Of a stretch of DNA of 64,000 nt, positions 36,383 through 50,063 are shown in pieces. Made by a program: the position numbers and the translations under genes. Source of the stretch: Paraphysomonas bandaiensis (lineage: Eukaryota > Protista > Chrysophyceae); contig CBFFRP010000426.1 in the NCBI GenBank assembly GCA_965644295.1, positions 186,001 through 250,000 on the forward strand, read 5' to 3'. Positions within the stretch are counted from its first letter, which is position 1. Each line of letters starts with the position of its first letter. The notes under the pieces are model-generated. The model did no database searches and had not been told where the DNA came from. It was given only the letters and a program-made list of their open reading frames with translations.

Positions 36383-38356
36383 TTAAACAGATGCTGCAAG
36401 ATTAGCAGTACCCTCTAATGCGGCGGCAATTTTCATGTTTTGTTGTATCTCTTTCATTAAGGACGGAATCTTGTGCTCAAGGTGCATGAAGTCCTCGGCG
36501 GGAAGTCCTAAACAAGCTCGGAATACATTAATAATGCATTGCCTCTGTGCAGCCAAAGCATTGACAACAGGAGTTCCCGGTGGAACCAATGGAGCCTTGA
36601 GCATATAAGAAAGCAAGGAAAGGACCGAGTGGAATTTTTCGAACTTCCCACAAATAGAATCAAGCGAACCCTTCCATTCTTCTACATCGTCCGCAAGAAT
36701 ATCGCCTGATACAGGATTCGTGCAGACCGTGATTCTTTCGCAGAGTTCAGTTAATACAACAAGGTCCAAAATAAGTGGGGTTGCAAGGAGAGAGTCTTCG
36801 CATGTATTATGCATCACAATAGTGTTCTGAAAAGGTATTAGCATAATTCTACATTCGTATGCCAACTTACAGATCCCCCCATGAATATTTCAGATGTATA
36901 TTCATCCATTGCACGTTTCGAGTCACCAACGTGAGGAACATACCTACACATAAGTCGCCCCATTGTTAGCATATACATCATAATCGAAAAGCGTGGCACT
37001 CACTTGATCACAACGACGTGGTCTGGATGCTCACCCTCCGCATACAGAACACGATTCGACGCTACCATATCGTCCACCACATTGCTCTTCGATATTTCCT
37101 TCGACCGAAACTGCTCCGGAGCAGATAAGTTTTTACCGTCGTTATTTCCAAGATGATTGTATGACACAATGGAGCGAGGCTTGATGCCAGCAGACACAAG
37201 GAAGTCAACCAATACGCTCTTCATTTTAGTTTGGCCTGACTTGAAATCATCACCGCCAATAAATACACCACGACTTTCCGCAAGTTCAATAACTCCCTAC
37301 GTAAGTGACAATTAAAGACGTAATAAAAGTCGCCATTCACTTACCGGCACGAATGTGTTTTGCGGAGACCCGTTGATATAAGAGCACCCCTCCAAGATAC
37401 TTGCTGTTGCAAAAACTGTGGAAGGAGATACTTCCGCTTCTCCGCGCTGAGACAAAGGGTTATAATACGAAAGCATTATAAATGCCACCAATACCAACCT
37501 GAATAGAAGAAAGGAGGTTATCTGCAGTGTCATTTACGCCAGCAATGATATCACAGAAGCGCTCTGTGTTAGCAGTCCACAAAACAATGACTTTGTCCAA
37601 TCCATTGTTCTCCTTGAATTCGCGGATATTGCGTCGGACGGTATCCAAGTGCTCCTGCTTGGTGCCAGGAAGGACGTTATCGGCACGGTCGCTCTGGTTT
37701 GCTGCAATGAATTCAGGGTAGTAGACACTAGGTAAAGGGGACAGTTTTGACATTTCATCCTTCAGTTGACGTTGGAGGTCATAGTCCAATACCTGTGGAA
37801 GAGTCATGAACACAGCCAAAACTCTTAGTTACATGACAACCTGACTACGAGCCATACAGGTCCCCAGGTCACTCGAGTTGATATCCCAGCCGCCAATGAC
37901 GATGTCATTAGGGTCCACCATGGGTAGCATGTCCTTAAAGGGGATGTAAATAGACTTGCCAGTGGCATCCTCACCAAGACGCACAGTGGAACTCTGAGTG
38001 AGAGACCCAAGATAGTTTGCACGACGAACTCCTTCTTTCGTATTCCACGACAACTTGAGTCTGTTAGCAAGAACACCTGCAGTGTAGGTGCTTCCATTGT
38101 TACCACCCCACCCCACAAGCATTACTCCCAACTTAGGGACCCTCGTCTCTGTCTTAAAGACCATCTCTCTGCTTACAGGAGTCACCACATTCCCTTCCAC
38201 CTTAGTAAAGACATGGTTGTAGCGGGAGAGGATAGCCCCATCAGTGTAGGTGACATTCGGGCTGTTGACCTGCATATCTTTATAAGATACATAGTCATAC
38301 ATATGCATCATATCTCTTACCGTAAATAGTCCTTCAGATGCTTTGGATGTTTGCAT
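36383..38356 (-). CDS. INO1: Myo-inositol-1-phosphate synthase, copy 2
   Basis: Same exons and motifs as copy 1; only two amino-acid differences seen (ESNG/ENNG, NIAASV/NLAASV). Confidence 0.97.
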
Positions 38357-39170
38357 ATTGAAGCGCGGTGAAGTGTTGGAACTCAAAGGCAGTGATATTA
38401 TGACGTTGCTAACTCTTGTAAAATTATGAGCTGACTTGATATTTATATCCGTGTAGGTATATATAAGCGAATCCTTCGAGATAGTATGAGCTCACTTCCA
38501 GAAGACGAATGGTTCACCTTCCTTCAAAACTACTCAATGAATTACCCACACACCTTATTATGGTGATATAATTGGACAATCCTATCGAAAAGTCACCCTT
38601 CTATACCAATCATATACCTCATACATAGAAGTACTATAATTGATTGGATCATTCTCATGTGTATGCTGAAAAACCTAAAAGTCAGACTTTATAAAAAACT
38701 AGGCAATTTTAGGTGTTACAACAACCCTAAATAACCGAATTTCTCTATGAAATTTCATTGTGATCCTGTAAACATGCAGCAATCAATCTAGCATCTTGAT
38801 CCAGTGCACATCATTCAAGTTGTTAGTGTATCGTCACATTCACCTCTCGATATATGGCTCATCTCATCTCTGCAAACAGAATAGCCTCAGAAGTGTAACA
38901 TAGTCAGCATATTCAAACAGTAAATCGGATTGATTGGCGGACATGAACCATCTTATAATCATCTTGTAATATGCAGAATACTCTCACCAGTACGAAACAT
39001 GATCGAATGGATTCAACTTTCAATCATATAACACGACACTTACTACTTCCTGGTTTCATCCAAAGCAACGGTCAAGAGAAAGACACTTGTATATTTGATA
39101 GCTTACTGTTTTCTCAAGTACTGCATCATAGTGTATGTTTGCATATGTGTTTGTGATTGTATATTTCTTC

Positions 39171-39358
39171 TTGGAATGATCTTGGTTTAATATCCAATTA
39201 TTCTAATTATAGGACAAGCAAATGCTTGCACTCTGTAATTATAAAATCATTACATAAGTGGTTCGTTGGAATGATCTGGTTTAATATCCAATTATTCTAA
39301 TTATAGGACAAGCAAATGCTTGCACTCTGTAATTATAAAATCATTACATAAGTGGTTC
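39171..39358. repeat. ~94-bp tandem duplication at the junction between MIPS cassettes
   Basis: TTGGAATGATC...TACATAAGTGGTTC occurs twice here but once in the equivalent region at 42632-42725. Confidence 0.92.
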
Positions 39359-39838
39359 TAACTTCTAACAATCCGAAACTCCGACTCAGTGGTTTGATTG
39401 GGTTAATTGGCAGACGTCACATTCGAATCACACTTCTTGTCGTATTTTCATGGGTAACAACATAAACTAAAGAGTAGATATCAATATGATGTGCATTTCA
39501 GCTATATAGATATTACACCCAAGAAAATCTCTATGCATTTAATGGTAAGGTTGCTTAAATATTAAGTATCAGTAGTAATAAGCTGTAGCTATAGAAAAGG
39601 TACTTGTCATTCATCAACAATCATTAGGTCACAGAAGGCGCACAGTTATACTTCTGCACTGCACCATAATAACTCTGCTTGGCGTTGCTGTAACACATTA
39701 ACGTTGTTGAATAGCAGTGTTTCGAAATTATTTTTATATATAATTATAATAACTAGTAGTCCATTTTAAAATACAGTATACAGCTGACTGCTATCTAGTC
39801 AAGCTCTCTCTCCAATAACAAGCAATCAAATATCATAA

Positions 39839-41814
<1,976 letters not shown>

Positions 41815-43199
41815 ATTGAAGCGCGGTGAAGTGTTGGAACTCAAAGGCAGTGATATTATGACGTTGCTAACTCTTGTAAAATTATGAGCTGACTTGATAT
41901 TTATATCCGTGTAGGTATATATATAAGCGAATCCTTCGAGATAGTATGAGCTCACTTCCAGAAGACGAATGGTTCACCTTCCTTCAAAACTACTCAATGA
42001 ATTATCCACACACCTTATTATGGTGATATAATTGGACAATCCTATCGAAAAGTCACCCTTCTATACCAATCATATACCTCATACATAGAAGTACTATAAT
42101 TGATTGGATCATTCTCATGTGTGTGCTGAAAAACCTAAAAGTCAGACTTTATAAACAAAACGGTGAATTTTAGGTGTTACAACAGCCCTAAATAACCGAA
42201 TTTCTCTATGAAATTTCATTGTGATCCTGTAAACATGCAGCAATCGATGTAGCATCTTGATCCAGTGCACATCATTCAAGTTGTTAGTGTATCGTCACAT
42301 TCACCTCTCGATATATGGCTCATCTCATCTCTGCAAACAGAATAGCCTCAGAAGTGTAACATAGTCAGCATATTCAAACAGTAAATCGGATTGATTGGCG
42401 GACATGAACCATCTTATAATCATCTTGTAATATGCAGAATAGTCTCACCAGTACGAAACATGATCGTATGGATTCAACTTTCAATCATACAACACGACAC
42501 TTACTACTTCCTGGTTTCATCCAAAGCAACGGTCAAGAGAAAGACACTTGTATATTTGATAGCTTCCTGTTTTCTCAAGTACTGCATCATAGTGTATGTT
42601 TGCATATGTGTTTGTGATTGTATATTTCTTCTTGGAATGATCTTGGTTTAATATCCAATTATTCTAATTATAGGACAAGCAAATGCTTGCACTCTGTAAT
42701 TATAAAATCATTACATAAGTGGTTCTAACAATCAGAACCTCCGACTCAGTGGTTTGATTGGGTTAATTGGCAGACGTCACATTCGAATCACACTTCTTGT
42801 CGTATTATCATAGGCAACAATATAAATTAAAGTGTATATAGCAGCATAATGCTCAGTTCCAGAGGCACAGTAGATACTTACTCTTCATCAATAAACATTT
42901 GGTAATCCCTTCTTTATTTAATAAAGATTCCAGGTTCCATTCCAGGGTCACAGGAGGCGCACAGTTACTTCCGCACTGCTTATACCTCTGCTGGCCGTGA
43001 CAGATGAATGCTGTTGAATAGCAGAGCTTTGAAATTACTTTATAATATCCAGTATACAGCTGAATGCTTTCTTTCTAGGAGCAAGCGCGCAATATCTTAC
43101 TGTACGGGAATATCCGCAATACCAAGAAAGGGAAAGGAAATGATATGTTGTGTGGCACTATATTTTAGATTGTAAAATATATCGGTCGACTATTAGTTA

Positions 43200-43329
43200 C
43201 TCTAGTAAATGCAATTATATATTGATTGCTTTAGAGCAGGCATGTGTAAAAACAGCAAACAAAAATTCTAATAATATCTGCAATTATTACTGGCTACAAC
43301 CTGCTTCAGTTTATTGTTACGCAGCCCTG
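43200..43329 (-). mobile_element. Diverged inverted copy of the CAGGGCTGCGTA MITE-like family
   Basis: Reverse complement reads CAGGGCTGCGTAACAATAAACTGAAGCAGGTTGTAGCCAGTAATAATTGCA, matching 20022 onward. Confidence 0.6.
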
Positions 43330-43781
43330 CTTCACAGCAACAATATTGATGGATACATGGATACTACATACATTTATATTCCTGTTTACAGAAGTCGCAA
43401 GTATGATGCAGTATCTGACTACCTGATATCAGAGTGTCAAGGTCACTATGTCTCATATATCCCTTGATGGTGATTGGTCGAGTCTATATGTTTATGCAGA
43501 AGTTTTGTGAGAATATACTGTAGACTATTAAACCTAATTGAGCGAAAAATGGAGGCCTCATATGATAGAGGAAGTACAATGAAATTGTTAAGGGCCGCAT
43601 GATACGGAGGTTGGCATAACGAACAATAACTAGAGCGCATTGTATACAAACAGCATAACGCCTATTTCCTGCTAGTATTTACAGTACTTGAGTCAACAAT
43701 ATTACATGTTTCATCGCATATCACATCTGCTCTGTAAAACACTTGGCCACATATGTTGGCCTCTAACAGAAAACTGAGGGG

Positions 43782-44585
43782 CTAAAGCTTAGGCGGAGGG
43801 CAATACCTGCTGTAGTTCCTGGAGTAACCTTCCAGTCCCATTCGTTCGAAATTTACATAATCCCATCGATAGAGGTTGAATATTTTTTTTGCCGTTGCTT
43901 CGTCAAGAAATCGACAAAGATTCTCGTTGGAATGACGGTGATAAGACTGTTTGTCATGTCTGGAATGCAAGCTTTCGTACAATGCTTTATATTCTGTGAA
44001 GTTGGGCATATTGGCGTAGGCATCTTCAACGTGATCACGTTCCAATTGAAGTACTCGCGTATAATTTACACGGCCCAAATTGCAGTTCTGTACTTGTGAC
44101 ATAAGATGAGGGTCTCTAGCCGCTATGGTACCGTCACTGCGTGTTGCAAGTATAGATATAAAATATTTAAAGTTATTTTTTGAAGGATTGGTATCCGTAA
44201 TACTTTGCCATGTGACCTTTGGATTGTTGAAATTTCCTTCTAACTTGTAGCTATTGAAAGGGTTACTGGGATCGTTGTACTTGTCCATGTAGGCTGACAA
44301 TACCCTTGTCAGGGGGTCTCTTACCATAACATAGAATGCGTAATCGGGATTCATCATAAGACCATTGATTCGTTTCGTCAAATCTATATGAAGAGGGTGT
44401 TGCTTGTATCCAGTTACATGTTCCACAAAATCAACCGCTTCACGACTTCCACATTTCGGAGACCAACAAAAGAATAGTTTAGCATAAGGATCAACCATAA
44501 CATTAGGCTGATAATTCACAGAAAATGAGTTGGCAAAGAAAACATAAATTCCAAATAAGAGCATTAAAAAGGATAAGCGATTCAT
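43782..44585 (-). CDS. Golgi-type carbohydrate sulfotransferase (Sulfotransfer_2 family)
   Basis: N-terminal anchor; 5'-PSB FCWSPKCGS; 3'-PB VRDPLTRVLSAYMDK; DPHLMSQVQNC; LYRWDY. Confidence 0.9.
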   Translation of the reverse strand: MNRLSFLMLLFGIYVFFANSFSVNYQPNVMVDPYAKLFFCWSPKCGSREAVDFVEHVTGYKQHPLHIDLTKRINGLMMNPDYAFYVMVRDPLTRVLSAYMDKYNDPSNPFNSYKLEGNFNNPKVTWQSITDTNPSKNNFKYFISILATRSDGTIAARDPHLMSQVQNCNLGRVNYTRVLQLERDHVEDAYANMPNFTEYKALYESLHSRHDKQSYHRHSNENLCRFLDEATAKKIFNLYRWDYVNFERMGLEGYSRNYSRYCPPPKL

Positions 44586-46386
44586 TTTATAATAACTTTA
44601 ATGGACTGTCTCACAAGTGTAGGACACAAACTACAATAACAATGAATGAATGAATGAATGTTCAGTAAGTGATTGCTGTAAAGACACACTGAACAAGTGG
44701 TACAACAGGCAACAATCAATTAGTCCGCACCAAATACTTCAATCAAACTTTAACAAGTGCATCAACAGCCACACCGAAATGTCATCAAGTATATTTGTGG
44801 TACTGCTGAATATTGTGAGCTATTTTAGGTGTATAAAAATGGCAAAAGCGTGCTAAATACCCTTCTTTTTAGCACTTAAACCCCTAAATCCATGATATTT
44901 AGCCCATGAAAATGGCCTTTATACAGCCATATGTTATTCCCACACATCGTCAACGCACGAACCATACCATACCCCACCAGCCAGATCATCAGATTTGAGA
45001 GTGAGGACAAGAAGAAGAGGATCATATCTACAACAGAAGGCGAATGTAGGCTTGTATTATGACCTAAACTGCAGATTATTGAGTCATGTTGTTGATAAGG
45101 CTGATATTACTTCACTGTATCGGAAGCGTCATGCTTTGCAATACCATCACAATCTCCTTTTTACCATTGACAACTTGAGATTCCATGGGATTAGGAAAGA
45201 AAGGGAAGTGGAAGGGGTCCATGGAGAGATACTGATTGAGCAGTCTAATTCAGAAGCTATGCCTGAGCATACTGTGCTCAGCATATTCATCATGAGAAGC
45301 TGTCCCAATCTCTTATTCAGAATGATTCCAACTACACGATTAAAAAAGAATATAAGAATTGAGTATCATTAGTGGAAGGCTTTCAAAATCGAGAAACTCT
45401 TCTTTTGTAAGTAGTTTTTCCATGGAGCAGTTCCAGCATAGTGAATGACCTTCCTCGAGAAAATCAGAGTCGGACATTCAGTTTATAGTGATGTTATTCA
45501 TTCCGGTAGTTGAAGCATATTCCGTATATGCCAGTATTGTATGTATGTGTATTTTACGACTCCAAAGACACTAGTACCAGAACCCTGTGATCGCTCATAA
45601 ATGTATTAGCTAATATACCGTCAGTATCATAAAATCGTTCTCAAAACAAGTGTTAACTAGGTAATTAGTAATTAGTGGTGATCAGCTGCTAAGAGACACT
45701 AAAGCTAGTATACTTGCGATCTACTGCCCTCGTGTAGTATTCGCTCTATCAAGTCAAGCGTTCACTAATACGACACTCCATCAATGGAACTCCGAAAAAG
45801 TACATATAGGTAGTTCGCAGTACCTAATCTCGCCCACCGATGTCAGTATTTTATACAGGGATGGCAACGGTTACTATTAACTATTAACCACTTCTATGTT
45901 TCATGTATCTCCAGAAGATAATGTACTAATAACTAATACAACCCTTCTATAGTCCGTCTGGTAGTGGTTAACTGCGAATTTGTGATATATTACCTAGTCA
46001 CACTAAAGTGGTGTAAAAGAACAGTCAAAGTAAAAATGGCTCAAACAACCTAAATTTAGTTCTTAATCTAGTCATAAATTGTACTCACACAGCAGGTAAA
46101 GTAAAACCAATGTAGCATAGATCAGGTCAAAACGAAGTTAGAGAGAACAGAGAAATAGGGATATAGAAGCATGTAATCTCTAGAGTGTCGCCTATTCTAT
46201 AACTTCTATTCTGTTTACGATATGTTGACGAAATATAATTCATTGATTGATTATAATAGTGACGCGTCCTACACTAAAACCCAGATGTAAATTAATTCGA
46301 GAATAAGCCTACTATAATAAATAACGCGATTTGTTGGTTTGAATAGTATTGCGAAGAAGAGGCATCCAGACCCAGATACACAAAAC

Positions 46387-46657
46387 TCATCCTTTAGAAC
46401 CTGATTTACCGGAACTACTTGGAGCAGAATACTTCACACTCCCAGCACCACTTGATCCAGGGTTGTAGTATGTAGATCCATTATCATTCGCATAGTAATA
46501 TGAACCATTTGAATTCGAGTAATGATAACTTGATCCACTAGAGGAGTTCGTTCCACCGGGTGTGTTATATGTGTTCCCTTGACTGTTTGTTCCGTGACCT
46601 ACAATGATAATATTAATATAGTATGAGTATAATAAAAGTAGTTCAACCTTTTGGCAT
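46387..46657 (-). CDS. 73-aa Ser/Gly/Asn/Tyr-rich microprotein (2 exons), not in the ORF track
   Basis: ATG at 46657, intron 46647-46599 (GT..TAG), stop at 46387: MPKGHGTNSQGNTYNTPGGTNSSSGSSYHYSNSNGSYYYANDNGSTYYNPGSSGAGSVKYSAPSSSGKSGSKG. Confidence 0.8.
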
Positions 46658-47013
46658 TATCGATTATAAATATTGTGATTATATTATGGGATTATGTATA
46701 TATGATAACAGGAGAGGGACTGCAAGGGATCAGTGCATAGTTCATATAGAGATATACAGATATGGATATACAGATACAGACATCTGACTGTACAAGGCAA
46801 CAGAACAATAATTTTATTTTGTATTCAATAATTCGAATACTAATAACTTCAAATGCATAAGATACCATACATATACAGTACCTACAGGCACTAGATGTTC
46901 AAAAAACAAAAGATTGTACAAGAAATTCTGTGTACTTCTGTGTGAACTTCTGTGTGTACGAACACATGTAGGAAATTCCTACCAGTATCTATAAGAAAGG
47001 TATGTCCAGAAGT

Positions 47014-47226
47014 GTATGCATGTATGTATGTATGTATGTATGTATGTATGTATGTATGTATGTATGTATGTACGTACGTATGTATGTATGTATGTATGTA
47101 TGTATGTATGTATGTATGTATGTATGTATGTATGTATGTATGTATGTATGTATGTATGTATGTATGTATGTATGTATGTATGTATGTATGTATGTATGTA
47201 TGTATGTATGTATGTATGTATGTATG
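47014..47226. repeat. (TATG)n microsatellite in a divergent intergenic spacer
   Basis: Directly visible. Confidence 0.99.
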
Positions 47227-47335
47227 TGTGCAGGTAGGTGTATGGGTACACTAAGTGGGTACTGTATGTGGACATGGGTATCAGGCGGAATGTCCTCATA
47301 GATCTCTTAAATACTCAAACACAATCCACACAGAC

Positions 47336-49630
47336 ATGAATAACTCTATACGTTATACCCCTGAAATCACTGAGCAAAGCAACGTATCTACTATCAATGG
47401 CATTGTGGAAGAACGTCAGTGTATCACATGACATCTATCAGTCTCCACCTCATACATACATATATACACAGTCATCAGCCACTGTATCAATCCAGACGTA
47501 TACGACATCAACATCACTATAGATATACCCAGATACACTCTTATTCTATCCACTATAGGTAACATTACCATACATATCAGTCTATGACACTTAAGGGGTT
47601 CATATGAGGTCAGGGAGATCAGCTCCTGTATCATCAGAGACTCTCTATGCTCTCACAGGAGTGGCTCATATTCAATCATATACTTCTCAAACTAACAATG
47701 AATGCAGTTTTAATGATATTAGAATTATGGATAGTCAGATACCTGCTGTGCAATACACTCTTATTGTTCAAGACATATTTCAACACATGAATGTCCGGAG
47801 GCAGTCGATTCGTGCTGAAATGGAATTAACTCTAATCCAAGAATTACTTGAAGAGACGGCCTTATTAAATCATAAAATAAACTTTAGGCTCGTTAATGGC
47901 AGTAACAACAGAGAGTTATGTCGGATTGAGGCGAAATCCAGTGTTTTGGAAGGTGTTTTAATGCGCTTCGGTGAAGAGGCTGTTCCGGATACTTCGGCGA
48001 TAAAGGTAAACCATACACAGCTTTCATGTTTATATTACATAGTCTCCTGTGTTAGTGGGTGTCTTATGATGTTGGAGAGGTCCGCGTGGAAGGTATTATG
48101 TCGCTTCCTATTCCCAGCGCTTGTGGCAGCAGAGGTTGCATAAACATTTATGTGAATGGTAAATGGGTTCGTGGCGGTGGACTAGTAGGTGAGGTAGTAA
48201 AGAAAATGTATGCGATATGTCTCCATCCCGTGAGTTCTTCTGGACCTTCTCCACGGCACAGCACTACCCGACCTGCCCTTCCGGTGTGCGTCCTTCGTGT
48301 CACTTGTCCGCATTCATCATATCCGCTACCACAACCTCTTATTCATTGTATACACATGATGTTAATCCACACTCTTTGTCCAAGCAGCCCCGCGGCAAGT
48401 GTTATCCCTTCCATAGACGAACTGTTTGTCGCCTTAAAGCAAGGAGGAATGGGTGACGATAGCGCCATGGTGAAAGAATGCTACCAGAAAGGATGTCCCC
48501 CTTCCAGTTCAGGAAATGATCACATATTAGTCTTGCCGGTGTCGGGATTGGAAGACAAGAAACGGGTGTTCGAAGGATCTGAGGAATTGGAGGTATTCAG
48601 CTCCAGTCGGGATTGTGATGTGCTATTTGAGGAGGCCTTTCTCTCTCAAGCGGCTCTTAATCACGAGAAGCTGTCTGGGTGCCCTATCAGCCGGGTAGAG
48701 TCTACTGATTTGAATTTAACATCAGAGAGGGTGATAGATGTCAGTCGTGTAACGGAAAGGGTGATAGAAGTAAGAAGTAGCAGGTACATTCCCGTTAATT
48801 GTGATCAAGCTGCTTGGAATGAAGATAGTGATATATTTGAAAGGGTCCATCATAAGTCAGTAAATTCTGTTGAATTAGATGAAGACTTTGGTCCTTGTGA
48901 AGACGTGGTTCCTGTAACTTCTTTTCAGACTGCGCCTCTTAGTCTCTCTAAAGAATCTCTTTTCAGTGAACTGGTACCTTTGGCGCAAGTGGATGACAAA
49001 TACATACTCGCCGTGGCTGATGGGTTGGTAATTTCTGTGGACCAGCACGCTGCAGATGAAAGAGTTCGACTAGAATCAGCCCGAAAACTGCTTAACCTTG
49101 ATAGGGAGACAGGACGGCTAATAAAGAGTTCGCGACGGATTAACGCCTTGGTCCCAATAACAGACTCGACAGTTTACCGCACCCTTGTTTCGGATTGGTG
49201 TCATGATGTGTGTACAGAATGGGGATTTTCTTACTCTATTCGCCCCAGCGAGAGCAGAACAAGTCGTACTAATTTTGTCCTGTATAACACTCCTGTAATT
49301 GAGAACGAAGTACTTACAGTGTCTGATTTTATCGAATTTGTGCGGTATATTGGAGATCAAAGATGCTTGCCACGTTCTGCCCTTGAACCCCCGGCAGTTT
49401 CACGAATCCTTGCGTCCAGTGCATGTCGACACGCAATCAAGTTTGGTGATATTCTCTCCCCACAAGAGTGTGCCGATTTGCTGAAATCGCTTTCAAAAAC
49501 ACACATGCCTTTCCAGTGTGCTCACGGAAGACCTTCTATCGTTCCATTGGTTAAATTCTGTCGAGATGGTGTCCGAAAGGACATGAATGAACGTAAACCT
49601 ATGTACTATACTATTGCAAGAGAAAGATAA
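47336..49630 (+). CDS. MLH3: MutL homolog MLH3 with degenerate N-terminal ATPase domain (4 exons)
   Basis: QVDDKYIL, DQHAADERVRLE, ACRHAIKFGD and FQCAHGRPS are MLH3-type C-terminal motifs. Introns 47415-47471, 47559-47595 and 48006-48055. Confidence 0.9.
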
Positions 49631-50063
49631 AATCTTTTAGTACGAAATTTTGTGACGTAGCCAAACTAATTTTGCTTTTGATATAATTGATATCATTTTG
49701 TCGCAATATTTATTGTTAATGGCGTAATTGGTTCCATAAATATGATATTATTTTCAATGTATCGTAAAGTTTGTCTCCATAGACCATGGTCAGTGTCGAC
49801 AATACACATTGGCTGTGAGCAGGAATAATTGGTAAAGTGCAGTGAAATTTATTGGTATATATGATAAAAATATGTTGAGACTTTGTGCTAGAGCCCTAAT
49901 GAAGAAATCAGTGGTCGCAAAGTGATTTTGGTGCTGTTTGCAGTTTGCAGAGCTAATATCATCTTGATCTGTAAAGTTATCAGCGCCTACTATTAAAATA
50001 TAAAATCACTTTTTCATCTTTATTATATAAATGTACATACATGACTAAAAAAAGGAAACGTTT

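Noticed and set aside
44820-45500. 125-aa ORF and TE-like composition
   Set aside because: Non-ATG start, no motifs and no identifiable termini.
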